DNA of 64,000 bases from Paludibacteraceae bacterium (lineage in GTDB: Bacteria; Bacteroidota; Bacteroidia; Bacteroidales; Paludibacteraceae): the NCBI GenBank assembly GCA_017557345.1, contig JAFYZR010000082.1, forward strand, positions 57,315 through 121,314, read 5' to 3'. Shown here in pieces: positions 45,969 through 55,065 of the stretch. The notes below the pieces were generated by a model. The model saw nothing but the letters and a program-made list of their open reading frames with translations. It was not told the DNA's origin and made no database searches. The stretch's first letter is position 1. Each line of letters begins with the position of its first letter. Both the position numbers and the translations under genes were made by a program.

Positions 45969-48912
45969 ACACCTCCTTTTCTACTGGTTGTTCCAATTGG
46001 TCCAATGCAGCCAATCGCGCATCAATGAGTGATTGTATATCATCACCTTGAATCATATAGTTCTGTTGTAGCACAAGTAAGTACTGTCTGGCCTGGAATA
46101 GTTCTCCACGCTCCCGATTAATATCGCTAAGCAGAATGAGAGCTCGTGCTAACCAATATTGCTGCTGTGTATTCATTTGCGTAAACTCCATCACTTGTGC
46201 TTCTGCATTATCATAGTCTTTAGCCTCGAAATAACTCTGTGCCAACAGATATTTGGCTTCTGCCCCTTGTGCAGTACGCACTTCCACGGCGAGCGTTTTT
46301 AAATCAGGTTGCGCCTTACTCCATTGGTTAAGCGCGATAAATGCTTTCGCACGTCCGTATAGCGCTTCCGCTTTGGTTTCCTCTTTGACAGGCGTATCAC
46401 TTAGGATTTGCTCTGCAATATCGATGGCATCGCGATGTTTCCCAAGTGCCTGTGCGCAACGTAATATACCGAGTCGTGCCACGTTGGCATTCTCTCGACT
46501 TGAAGCCAGCGTGAGCATGCGATAGAATGCATCCAAAGCGCAGTTATAATCTGCTTTATCATAGCAAATCTCTGCTACGCGAATGGAGGCTTCTTCCTGG
46601 TAAGGATTAGCATTAAGTTCTGCAAGCAATTTATATTGCTTGAGCGCCTCGTCATTCTTGCCCATGCGATAATAGGAATCCGCCAAATAGTATCTTGCGT
46701 TTGTGCAGTAGCGTCCACCGGCGCAGTATTTATTAATGTAGTTATTCAGTGCCTCCGCTGCTTTCGGATATGCCGCTTGCATATACTGCATTTCCGCAGC
46801 TGCATATAACAGACTGTCTTCTTGCGTTGTGACATTCATGTTCATTTTGGCTAACTGCTTGGTGTATGCGAGATATTCGTTTACATTACCACTCTCTACA
46901 TACAAAGCCTGAAGAGCATCCAGCGCCGTATAGGCTTCTTCGGTTGCCGGATATTTCTCGATGGTCTGGCGATAGGCAGCAATAGCCTGATCGTTTTGAC
47001 CCAAGTTACGATACAACATTGCACGCTCAAGAGCAGCTTTGCGTGCCAGTGGCGAGTGTGGATAATTATTGAGCAGCTGCTCGTATGTAATGATGGCTCC
47101 TTGCTCATCGTCTTGTTGTAGTTGCGCACGTGCCGTTTCATACACACCATCATCTGCATAATCGGACTTAGGATAGCGTTTCACCAATTCACGCATTACA
47201 TTGATTTTCTCGGCATACTTGTGCTGTAAGCCAAGTGCGTAACCGCGTTGGAAGAAAGCATAGTCCGCACCTGAAGCCTGGAGATTAGATACCTGCGTGT
47301 AGTAGGTTATCGCGGGTTGGAAATCACGGGCATTAAAATAACAGTCACCGATACGATTAAGAGCATCAGCATAAGTAGGTTCGGTAGCTTGTGCCCCATC
47401 GATATATTTCGAGAAAGCCTCACGAGCTTTATCATATTTTGCCTGTGAGAAATACGTATATCCTTGCAAATAACGTGCAATAGTATAGTTCTTTGACTGT
47501 TTTGCATCCGGCCGTCCGAAGAAAGTAGTCAAATCTTGCTCGCAGGCAGTGTAGTCACGGAGCCGATATTTGGCTTCCGCGCGTACGTAATATGCTTCTG
47601 TCGTGTATTTGGCAGACTCACCAGTATGATTAATCACCTCCGTCATCCAATCCACAGATGTCTGCATCTTGCCTTGTAGGAAATGATCCGCTCCTAACTG
47701 GTATCGCAGATACTGTTTGGTTTCCAGCATCTTGGGCGTGGGCTTTTCGATTGAATCCAAGGTAGCAATAGCCGCTGCATAATTCTTGCTTTGCATCAGC
47801 GCGTCACTAAGCAATTGGTAGATGCTGTTCTCATATTTGGAGTCAGGGAAATCGCGTAGGAAATCATTGAACGCCCGAACAGATTCGCCCAAAGCGCTAG
47901 AAGATTGATATGTACAGAGCGTATAGTTATATGCTGCTTCCTCCTTAATTGCCGGCGTGATGCCATATCCTGCTGCGGCTTGATAAGATAGTTTTGCCTG
48001 CTCGGGTTGTCCAAGTTGCACATATGCATTACCCATAGTCATACATGCCGCTTCAGACAAGGTGTCTTTCTCTTGCTTGATCAGTTTGAGATGGCTCACG
48101 GCTTCTGCGTACTCTGCCAACTGATATTCAGCGGAACCCAACATAAATAGGTCATTACGAACTAATTCCTCCTTCTGCTCTGTTGCCGATTTTACATAAA
48201 GGCGCAGATGTTGTTCAGCTTGCTGGAAATCGCTTTTCTGGAAATACATTTCGCCTAACATGCGATGCAATTCACCATTATATGGGCTATCGGGCTGCTC
48301 GCGAAGTAGTGTATTGGCGCGTGTTTCAACCTCTTCGTAGTTGCCTTGGGCGTATTCAATTTGCGTCAGATAATAAGGAACGCTTTTCGCATATGCAGGC
48401 TCATCCTCTAATTTTTTGAAAGCAGGTAATGCCTTGTCAAGATTGCCTAATTTATATTGACAATAACCGTAGTAATAGGTACTGCGTTGCGTATAATGAT
48501 TATCGCTTTTAGCCAGCAAAGCAAAATACACCGAGGCACGCTGGTACTCTTGCATCATCAGATAAGCATATCCGCGATAAAAAGAGTAATCCTGCTGATG
48601 GGGACGACTTAATGCATTAGCCTCAACTTGTTCCAGTTGTTTAAGGCCATTTTTATAACGCCCTTTTTCTACTAACAGAACCCCCTGCATGAATTTCACT
48701 TCATCGGCATACGTGGTGTAAGGATACTCCTGTAAGTAGGCTTTCAGGTCATTTTGCAGTAATTTATCCCGACCGTCAAAACGAGCCTCCAGCGCCTTGT
48801 AGCGCGTTTCCATTTTCGTGGTCTGCGCCAAGGTGCTGAGACTTAAAATCATTAGCATCGACATGACGACATAACGACATGACGATACATCGAAAAAATG
48901 TTTCCTTTTCAA
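45952..48912 (-). CDS. Large periplasmic/secreted TPR protein (YbgF-like repeats)
   Basis: 986 aa with a signal peptide (no lipobox). About 20 TPR units, several of the xYPxSxxAxxA YbgF/CpoB type. Confidence 0.7.
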   Translation of the reverse strand: MKRKHFFDVSSCRYVVMSMLMILSLSTLAQTTKMETRYKALEARFDGRDKLLQNDLKAYLQEYPYTTYADEVKFMQGVLLVEKGRYKNGLKQLEQVEANALSRPHQQDYSFYRGYAYLMMQEYQRASVYFALLAKSDNHYTQRSTYYYGYCQYKLGNLDKALPAFKKLEDEPAYAKSVPYYLTQIEYAQGNYEEVETRANTLLREQPDSPYNGELHRMLGEMYFQKSDFQQAEQHLRLYVKSATEQKEELVRNDLFMLGSAEYQLAEYAEAVSHLKLIKQEKDTLSEAACMTMGNAYVQLGQPEQAKLSYQAAAGYGITPAIKEEAAYNYTLCTYQSSSALGESVRAFNDFLRDFPDSKYENSIYQLLSDALMQSKNYAAAIATLDSIEKPTPKMLETKQYLRYQLGADHFLQGKMQTSVDWMTEVINHTGESAKYTTEAYYVRAEAKYRLRDYTACEQDLTTFFGRPDAKQSKNYTIARYLQGYTYFSQAKYDKAREAFSKYIDGAQATEPTYADALNRIGDCYFNARDFQPAITYYTQVSNLQASGADYAFFQRGYALGLQHKYAEKINVMRELVKRYPKSDYADDGVYETARAQLQQDDEQGAIITYEQLLNNYPHSPLARKAALERAMLYRNLGQNDQAIAAYRQTIEKYPATEEAYTALDALQALYVESGNVNEYLAYTKQLAKMNMNVTTQEDSLLYAAAEMQYMQAAYPKAAEALNNYINKYCAGGRYCTNARYYLADSYYRMGKNDEALKQYKLLAELNANPYQEEASIRVAEICYDKADYNCALDAFYRMLTLASSRENANVARLGILRCAQALGKHRDAIDIAEQILSDTPVKEETKAEALYGRAKAFIALNQWSKAQPDLKTLAVEVRTAQGAEAKYLLAQSYFEAKDYDNAEAQVMEFTQMNTQQQYWLARALILLSDINRERGELFQARQYLLVLQQNYMIQGDDIQSLIDARLAALDQLEQPVEKEVYDEED

Positions 48913-48935
48913 CTCTTAATAGTTATTTTAGTTTA

Positions 48936-50180
48936 TTAGCGTGCCAATTTAACTTCATTCCACATCTCAAGTAACATCTCTTGGCTATCACCGGCATCAT
49001 GCATAAGTGCACAGCGGTCGATGATGCTCTTGTCGGCATAGTATACCGGATTTAAGTGTAGGGCGTGTGGATTGAGCAATTGATCGCCAACAATCAGGTT
49101 CTCTTCTCCGAAGAAGTAGCTGGCATCAATAGGTTCCGGCCATGCTTCCGGATCATTTTGCTCGGCAAGAATGGTAGCTGCGGCTTTCTCTCCTCCGGCA
49201 CAGGATACATAACCAATTTCGTCCATATTTGCCAATGCGTTATCAGCTCTACACATATAATCGATGAAATAGGTAGCAGCTTTGGCATTCTTGGCAAACT
49301 TTGGAATAACCCAACCGTCGAACCATACGTTTGAACCCTCATCGGGAACGATATAATCCAACAGTACACCCATTTCTGCCGCCTCTTCGATAGCAAATTG
49401 TGCGTCACCAGACCAACTGAGGTCAATCCAAACTTTACCTTTGGTCATTTCTTCTTTTCCGAAGTCAACTTCCCAACCGCAAATCTGTTTCTTGGCTTTC
49501 AGCAAAATGTCTTTAACAGCGTTTACACGTGCTTTGGTAATATTACGAACCAACTCATCACGGTTAACGGTGTGATTTGCAATCTCATTGCGGAATGCAT
49601 AGAGTACGATTACCGAATAAACATCACGGAATGCATCTTTCATGAGAATACGATTTTCAAACCTTGGATTCAAAATAGCACCCCATGAAGTCAATTCCTC
49701 GCGGTTAACATACTGCGGATTAAAGATGAAGCCTGTTGTGCCCCACATATAACCGACCGTATAGTCGCTTACCTGTAAGTCATACCGCGGAGCCATTTGC
49801 TGGAATTTGTGCAACACAAAAGGAGAGATGTTGTCGAAATAATAAATGGAATCCGGTATAATCTCCTTTTGGATCGGTTGAAGCAAGTCTTTTTTCAGCA
49901 TACGCTCGATGATATACTCCGAAGGACAGAATACATCATAATCTTCATGGCCTACCTCAATTTTCGTTAGAGCGGTTTCGTTGATGTCGAAGGTTTCATA
50001 AACCAGTTCCACTTTTTCGCCGGTATGTTCAAAATACCATTGTTCAAAACCATCTTTCACATCTTCATCGATGTAGTCTGCCCAGTTGAGCACTTTCAGT
50101 TGATGAGCGCGATCAGTCCGACCACATGAGATGAACATGATAGCTGCAAGAGCCAAAACAGGAATAAAAAATTTCTTCAT
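48936..50180 (-). CDS. potD: Spermidine/putrescine ABC transporter substrate-binding lipoprotein
   Basis: Start at ATG 50180 (MKKFFIPVLALAAIMFISCG). PotD/PotF-like sequence, and last gene of the potABCD order. Confidence 0.8.
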   Translation of the reverse strand: MKKFFIPVLALAAIMFISCGRTDRAHQLKVLNWADYIDEDVKDGFEQWYFEHTGEKVELVYETFDINETALTKIEVGHEDYDVFCPSEYIIERMLKKDLLQPIQKEIIPDSIYYFDNISPFVLHKFQQMAPRYDLQVSDYTVGYMWGTTGFIFNPQYVNREELTSWGAILNPRFENRILMKDAFRDVYSVIVLYAFRNEIANHTVNRDELVRNITKARVNAVKDILLKAKKQICGWEVDFGKEEMTKGKVWIDLSWSGDAQFAIEEAAEMGVLLDYIVPDEGSNVWFDGWVIPKFAKNAKAATYFIDYMCRADNALANMDEIGYVSCAGGEKAAATILAEQNDPEAWPEPIDASYFFGEENLIVGDQLLNPHALHLNPVYYADKSIIDRCALMHDAGDSQEMLLEMWNEVKLAR

Positions 50181-50184
50181 GATT

Positions 50185-51531
50185 TTAGTTTTTTTGTTGT
50201 TTATTATTGCGAATATTAATATAAATGAGCACACCAAGCATCACTAAAAGGATGATAGTAAAGAGCGGGCGTAGTTCCGGTGTCAAACCGCCTTTTCGTG
50301 CGTCCGCATAGATAAACGTACTAAGGGTGTCCAGTCCTCCACTTCCTTTGGTAAAGAATGTCACACCAAAATCGTCAACCGATAGTGTCAGCGCCAAGAT
50401 AAAACCGCTTAACATGCCCGGCCATAATTCCGGTAACATTACCATGCGTAGCGCTTGTGCAGGCGTTGCACCCAAATCCAGAGCCGCCTCATAAGTGTTT
50501 GGATTCATTCTGCTCAATCTAGGTAATACACTCAATACTACATATGGCGTACAGAAGACGACATGCGCAATACAGACTGTTGCCAGACCTTGACTGAAAC
50601 CGAGGGCAACAAACAGCAGGAATAGCGAAATACCGGTAATGATATCAGGATTAATCATTGGTACTGAATTCAGGAACTTAACTACTTTTCGCTGTCTTGC
50701 CCGCATGTTATAAATTCCTATAGCGGCCAAGGTGCCGAGAATAGTAGAGCATATAGCCGCAACAAGGGCAATAACTACTGTATACCATATAGCGCTATTC
50801 AAACCTGCATCCGCTTTGCCTGTAAACAGATTGACATACAAATCCATCGAGAAGCCCGTCCAGTTACCAAGGATTTTGCTTTTTGTAAAAGAGAATACGG
50901 CAATCAAAGCAATTGGAGCATACAAGACGATGAGCAACAACCATAAGTATAATTGTGATCCGTAATGTCTTCGGAGTCCCATTCGTTTGCGGCGAAGAGT
51001 CTCTTGTTCTACAGAAGAAAGGCTCTTCTCTTTGCGACGTTGCGCGATAATAACCCAGAGATAAACTATTCCGCCTATCAAAAGCAGACCGGCAAATACC
51101 CACCAAATCCATCCCGTTCGACGTTTTGCTGGGGCGGTATTTGTGCGAACATATTGCTCAAAAGTCTTATATGCATTTGCGACAAGCACCCGTTGCCCGC
51201 GATTCTTGATCTCTTTCTTGTTACGCCATATTGTCCATTGGATTTCAGACTCATCGGTATAACTATAGATGCTATCTCCCCAATTGGCTATGTTGGACAA
51301 TGGGCGATTGGTCAAAGCGAAATCCAGATTGCTCAATTGATCGCTATTAGCCAATTGCTCAATTTCGACGGTTATATTAATCTTCTCTCCCGCATAGCTT
51401 TCCGGGAAGTCCGCCAATACTGCCACTTCTCCTGTTGTTCCTACTTTTATTTCATACGTCAAGTTCGATTGCGCAAAAACGGGAGAAAGGAACAACGAGC
51501 AAAGAGCAACAAGCAAAATCTTCAATCTCAT
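50185..51531 (-). CDS. potC: ABC transporter permease PotC with a ~183-aa N-terminal extension
   Basis: The C-terminal ~265 aa is a 6-TM PotC-type permease carrying the EAA-like loop (YEAALDLGATPAQAL). The N-terminal part has a signal peptide, a ~120-aa domain, one TM helix and a basic cluster. The start overlaps the potB stop (ATGA at 51528-51531). Confidence 0.75.
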   Translation of the reverse strand: MRLKILLVALCSLFLSPVFAQSNLTYEIKVGTTGEVAVLADFPESYAGEKINITVEIEQLANSDQLSNLDFALTNRPLSNIANWGDSIYSYTDESEIQWTIWRNKKEIKNRGQRVLVANAYKTFEQYVRTNTAPAKRRTGWIWWVFAGLLLIGGIVYLWVIIAQRRKEKSLSSVEQETLRRKRMGLRRHYGSQLYLWLLLIVLYAPIALIAVFSFTKSKILGNWTGFSMDLYVNLFTGKADAGLNSAIWYTVVIALVAAICSTILGTLAAIGIYNMRARQRKVVKFLNSVPMINPDIITGISLFLLFVALGFSQGLATVCIAHVVFCTPYVVLSVLPRLSRMNPNTYEAALDLGATPAQALRMVMLPELWPGMLSGFILALTLSVDDFGVTFFTKGSGGLDTLSTFIYADARKGGLTPELRPLFTIILLVMLGVLIYINIRNNKQQKN

Positions 51532-52325
51532 ACCAGTCCACCTCCTTTCTCTTCTCCTTCGCTATGATCACCGAAGAAGGATGTCAGACCGATAATAATC
51601 AGCAATACGAGACTTAATACGGCTCCATAATTGAGTAGGTCCGTCGTAGTGATGTAATCCTGTATCAACGAACCGAACAATTTGATATTATTATGCGTCA
51701 ATAGCTCTGCTATTGCGAATGTTGAAACAGTAGGCATAAAGACCATCACGATTCCGCTATAAACACCCGGCATGCTCAATGGCACAATAATCTTCCAGAA
51801 ACAAGTCCAGCGGTTGGCGCCCAAGTCTTGAGCCGCCTCAACGAGCGAATTGTCCATTTTCTGGAGTGTATTATAGATCGGGTAAATCATGAAGGGCAAA
51901 TAATCGTAGCAAAGACCGAAAAGCAAAGCTCCTTCGCCCAATGGCAAACCGCACATGTTGAATAATTCCACTGTAGCTACTGTACGCAAAAGGAAGTTAA
52001 TCCACATCGGCAGGATGAACAGCATTGCCATCACTTTGGGCGTTTTGAAATCCTCTTGTGCCATGATATACGCTGCGGGATAGCCGATTAACAAGCAAAT
52101 CGCAGTATTGAAAACCGCTATCATCAGCGAATATAAGAAAGTCTGAATAGCTTCGCTATGCGAGAAAAACTTCATAAAGTTACGCATGGTGAACTGTCCT
52201 TCTATATCTGTAAAGGCATAGAAACCAACCAGAATAAGCGGCAAGATCACAAACATAGCCATAAAAAGGATGTATGGCCACGCCCAAGTTCTCCGAGACG
52301 ATACTATTTGAATGAATTTATTCAA
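51528..52325 (-). CDS. potB: ABC transporter permease PotB
   Basis: 6-TM permease with the EAAQDLGAN loop. Confidence 0.85.
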   Translation of the reverse strand: MNKFIQIVSSRRTWAWPYILFMAMFVILPLILVGFYAFTDIEGQFTMRNFMKFFSHSEAIQTFLYSLMIAVFNTAICLLIGYPAAYIMAQEDFKTPKVMAMLFILPMWINFLLRTVATVELFNMCGLPLGEGALLFGLCYDYLPFMIYPIYNTLQKMDNSLVEAAQDLGANRWTCFWKIIVPLSMPGVYSGIVMVFMPTVSTFAIAELLTHNNIKLFGSLIQDYITTTDLLNYGAVLSLVLLIIIGLTSFFGDHSEGEEKGGGLV

Positions 52326-53781
52326 TTTTGTCTAATTTAATCTTATTCTTTGGAATAACGATTCCCACGCGGTCTCCATCATCCCATACATCATCCGTGT
52401 TTACAAACAAGTCGTGTCCTTCATCCGTGCGGATGGTCAGATGGTAGTGGTTGCCTTTATACAAGATAAAATGCACTTCTCCTGAAAGCGTACCTTCTTC
52501 CTCGTAATCTTGAAGGTCAATATCGCGGAATTTTACGCGCACCTGCACTTTTTCTCCTACTGCGAATGGCTCTATTTGCTTCTCATCTACCTCCCATTCG
52601 GCATCCAAAAACCACACTTTACCATTCTTAAGCACTTCCCCTTCAAAATAATTGTAGATATAGTGCTCTTTTTTCATGATTTGGATATCTTCTGGCTTAA
52701 CGAGCATTCCTATTTCCGTGCCAGGCAGATATTCGTGGTAATCCTGAATCAAAAACTCATAATTATCAGGAGTCAGCACACGCATTTCATAGTGAACGCC
52801 TTTGAAAATACAGGTCTGCACTTCGCCATACCATTTTGTGAATCGTCCTTTCGGCACGCGATCTTCGTAGTCATCATCTTCATTTTCCACTACTTTTCCG
52901 CGTTTCTCATCCTCTTTGCGCCAGATATAGATATCCTCGGGACGAATAACGACATCCACCGGCTTGTCTTCACCAAAACCGGTATCGATACAGTCAAATT
53001 CCTTACCGCAAAACGCTACGCGTTTATCACGAATCATCGTACCGCTGAGGATATTACTCTCGCCGATAAAATCTGCCACAAAACAGTTTTGCGGTTCGTT
53101 GTAGATATCAGTAGGAGTTCCGATTTGCTGAATTTTACCTTCGCTCATTACCACTACGCGATCGCTAAGCGTCAACGCTTCTTCCTGATCATGTGTCACG
53201 TAGATAAAAGTGATGCCTAACTTCTCGTGCAGCTCTTTCAATTCAATCTGCATGTCATGCCGCATCTTCAAATCCAGCGCACTCAAAGGCTCGTCCAGCA
53301 AGAGTACTTCCGGTTTGTTAACAATCGCGCGCGCAATAGCAACACGTTGCTGCTGACCGCCACTCAACGTATCCACTTTACGCTCTTCGTATCCCGTCAA
53401 GTTCGCCATTTTTAGCGCTTGGCGCACTTTCTTCTTTATTGTTTCCGGGTCTTCTTTCTTCAGCTTCAGACCAAACGCAACATTATTGAAAACGTTCAAA
53501 TGGGGGAACAACGCGTATTTTTGGAATACGGTGTTAACGGGACGCTTGTAGGGAGGGGTTTTGGTTACATCTTCGCCTTTCAACAAGATAACTCCGGAAG
53601 AAGCGACTTGAAAACCTGCGATGCATCGCAACAAGGTTGTTTTTCCGCAACCTGATGGTCCTAAAATAGTAACGAACTCGCCTTTTTTGACTTGAAGGCT
53701 GACATCGTCCAAAGCAAACTTTCCGTCCTCAAATTGTTTAGAGACGTGGTTCACTTCGATGATAAATTCGGATTTGGCCAT
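52318..53781 (-). CDS. potA: Spermidine/putrescine ABC transporter ATPase
   Basis: GPSGCGKTT Walker [15 protein letters not shown] signature, LLLDEP Walker B, and a long C-terminal TOBE-like extension. Confidence 0.9.
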   Translation of the reverse strand: MAKSEFIIEVNHVSKQFEDGKFALDDVSLQVKKGEFVTILGPSGCGKTTLLRCIAGFQVASSGVILLKGEDVTKTPPYKRPVNTVFQKYALFPHLNVFNNVAFGLKLKKEDPETIKKKVRQALKMANLTGYEERKVDTLSGGQQQRVAIARAIVNKPEVLLLDEPLSALDLKMRHDMQIELKELHEKLGITFIYVTHDQEEALTLSDRVVVMSEGKIQQIGTPTDIYNEPQNCFVADFIGESNILSGTMIRDKRVAFCGKEFDCIDTGFGEDKPVDVVIRPEDIYIWRKEDEKRGKVVENEDDDYEDRVPKGRFTKWYGEVQTCIFKGVHYEMRVLTPDNYEFLIQDYHEYLPGTEIGMLVKPEDIQIMKKEHYIYNYFEGEVLKNGKVWFLDAEWEVDEKQIEPFAVGEKVQVRVKFRDIDLQDYEEEGTLSGEVHFILYKGNHYHLTIRTDEGHDLFVNTDDVWDDGDRVGIVIPKNKIKLDKIE

Positions 53782-53850
53782 TTCTTAATTCCACATTATA
53801 ATTTTGCGCACGCACAATTCGCGCAAGCGCACACTCACGCAATTTGGGGA

Positions 53851-53858
53851 CAAAAGTA
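53851..53858 (-). promoter_or_regulatory. -7 box TACTTTTG (minus) for the pot operon
   Basis: Plus strand CAAAAGTA. Confidence 0.45.
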
Positions 53859-53910
53859 CTGCTTTTTTTTGAATTATGCAAATTTTCTTGCATATTTGCG
53901 AAATTTTTAT

Positions 53911-53918
53911 TAATTTTG
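53911..53918 (+). promoter_or_regulatory. -7 box TAATTTTG for the PrsW gene
   Basis: Matches TAnnTTTG about 46 nt upstream of the ATG at 53964. Confidence 0.45.
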
Positions 53919-53963
53919 CACCCGAAATAAGACCAATTACTAATTACAAAATACGAATTATCT

Positions 53964-54662
53964 ATGTATTTAATGCTAATCGCGGCTTTGTTGCCTGCTA
54001 TTCTTTTAGGACTTTATATTTGGCGAAAAGACCCGCAGCCGGAACCTCTGCGCTGGATTTTGAGAGCCTTTATTGCCGGCATCATAATATGCGTTCCTGT
54101 GGCCTTTGCAGAACGGTTTATTCTCGGTCTGCTTTTTCCTTCCGGCGGACCAACAACTCTCCTTGGAACAACGGCTGAAGCATTCCTTGTAGCTGGACTT
54201 CCGGAAGAAGCGGCTAAACTATTCATTCTCTGGCTGTTTGTGCTACGTAAAAACCCGTATTTTGATGAGCATTTTGATGGCATTGTTTATGCTGTTTTTG
54301 TGAGTCTGGGATTTGCCGCGATCGAGAATGTTTTCTATGTTCTCGGAAGTGGAGAAGGATGGGTATCTGTGGCCGCAACAAGAGCACTTCTTGCCGTTCC
54401 AGGACACTATGCTTTCGGTATTTTGATGGGGTATTATTATTCCAAATATCAGTTCTTCGATCATACTCCGCGAACGGCGGTTAAGATACTTCTTGTTCCG
54501 GTTTTGGCGCATGGCGTATATGATGCGATAGCGATGAGCGGACAGGTCGATCCGATTGCAGGTGCTATTAGTTTTGTGGTGCTTATTTGGTTCTGTATCA
54601 AACTGCAAAAATATGCCCGTCGCAAAATCAACGAACTGGCACAACAAGATGAAATCTTGTAG
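53964..54662 (+). CDS. PrsW family intramembrane metalloprotease
   Basis: GLPEEAAKLF (EExxK) and HGVYD motifs in a polytopic layout. Confidence 0.8.
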   Translation: MYLMLIAALLPAILLGLYIWRKDPQPEPLRWILRAFIAGIIICVPVAFAERFILGLLFPSGGPTTLLGTTAEAFLVAGLPEEAAKLFILWLFVLRKNPYFDEHFDGIVYAVFVSLGFAAIENVFYVLGSGEGWVSVAATRALLAVPGHYAFGILMGYYYSKYQFFDHTPRTAVKILLVPVLAHGVYDAIAMSGQVDPIAGAISFVVLIWFCIKLQKYARRKINELAQQDEIL

Positions 54663-54690
54663 ATGAGAGTCTTTTGACACCGAGAATAAC

Positions 54691-54745
54691 GCACTTATCG
54701 CGCACTTATCTCGCACTAATAGCGCACTTATCACGCACTAATTTT
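54691..54745. repeat. 11-bp phased tandem array C (CGCACTTATCN units)
   Basis: The CGCACT core starts at 54691, 54702, 54713, 54724 and 54735, an exact 11-bp period. Confidence 0.85.
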
Positions 54746-54763
54746 AGCATGTGTTTTCGTTGG

Positions 54764-54788
54764 TATTATATACTACGTATATAATACT
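54764..54788. repeat. Perfect AT-rich palindrome GTATTATATAC-TAC-GTATATAATAC
   Basis: Two 11-bp arms with a 3-nt loop. Confidence 0.8.
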
Positions 54789-55017
54789 GGAGAGTTTGCA
54801 TGAAAAGGGAAAAGATATGCAAATTGTAGTAACGTCGACACACCATAAATTAATCAAATTGTAGTACTTTCGAGGGCACCGACCTCGCTACGCTCGCCCA
54901 CCTCGAAATTACAGTTGCAATACTTTGCAACTAACAACTATTTGCCGAAATTAAACAATATATGCCAGCATAATTATTTTTTTTCGTCAAATATTTGTAT
55001 ATTTGATTATTTTGTAG

Positions 55018-55025
55018 TAATTTTG
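55018..55025 (+). promoter_or_regulatory. -7 box TAATTTTG for ileS
   Basis: Matches TAnnTTTG about 41 nt upstream of the ATG at 55066. Confidence 0.45.
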
Positions 55026-55065
55026 CAGCCGCAAATTGTGTGGCATAACGAATAAATACATTATA

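Noticed and set aside
52510-53220. 236-aa plus-strand ORF
   Set aside because: Antisense to potA (Walker A/B and signature motif are on the minus strand). The composition-driven open frame is typical of AT-rich third positions.
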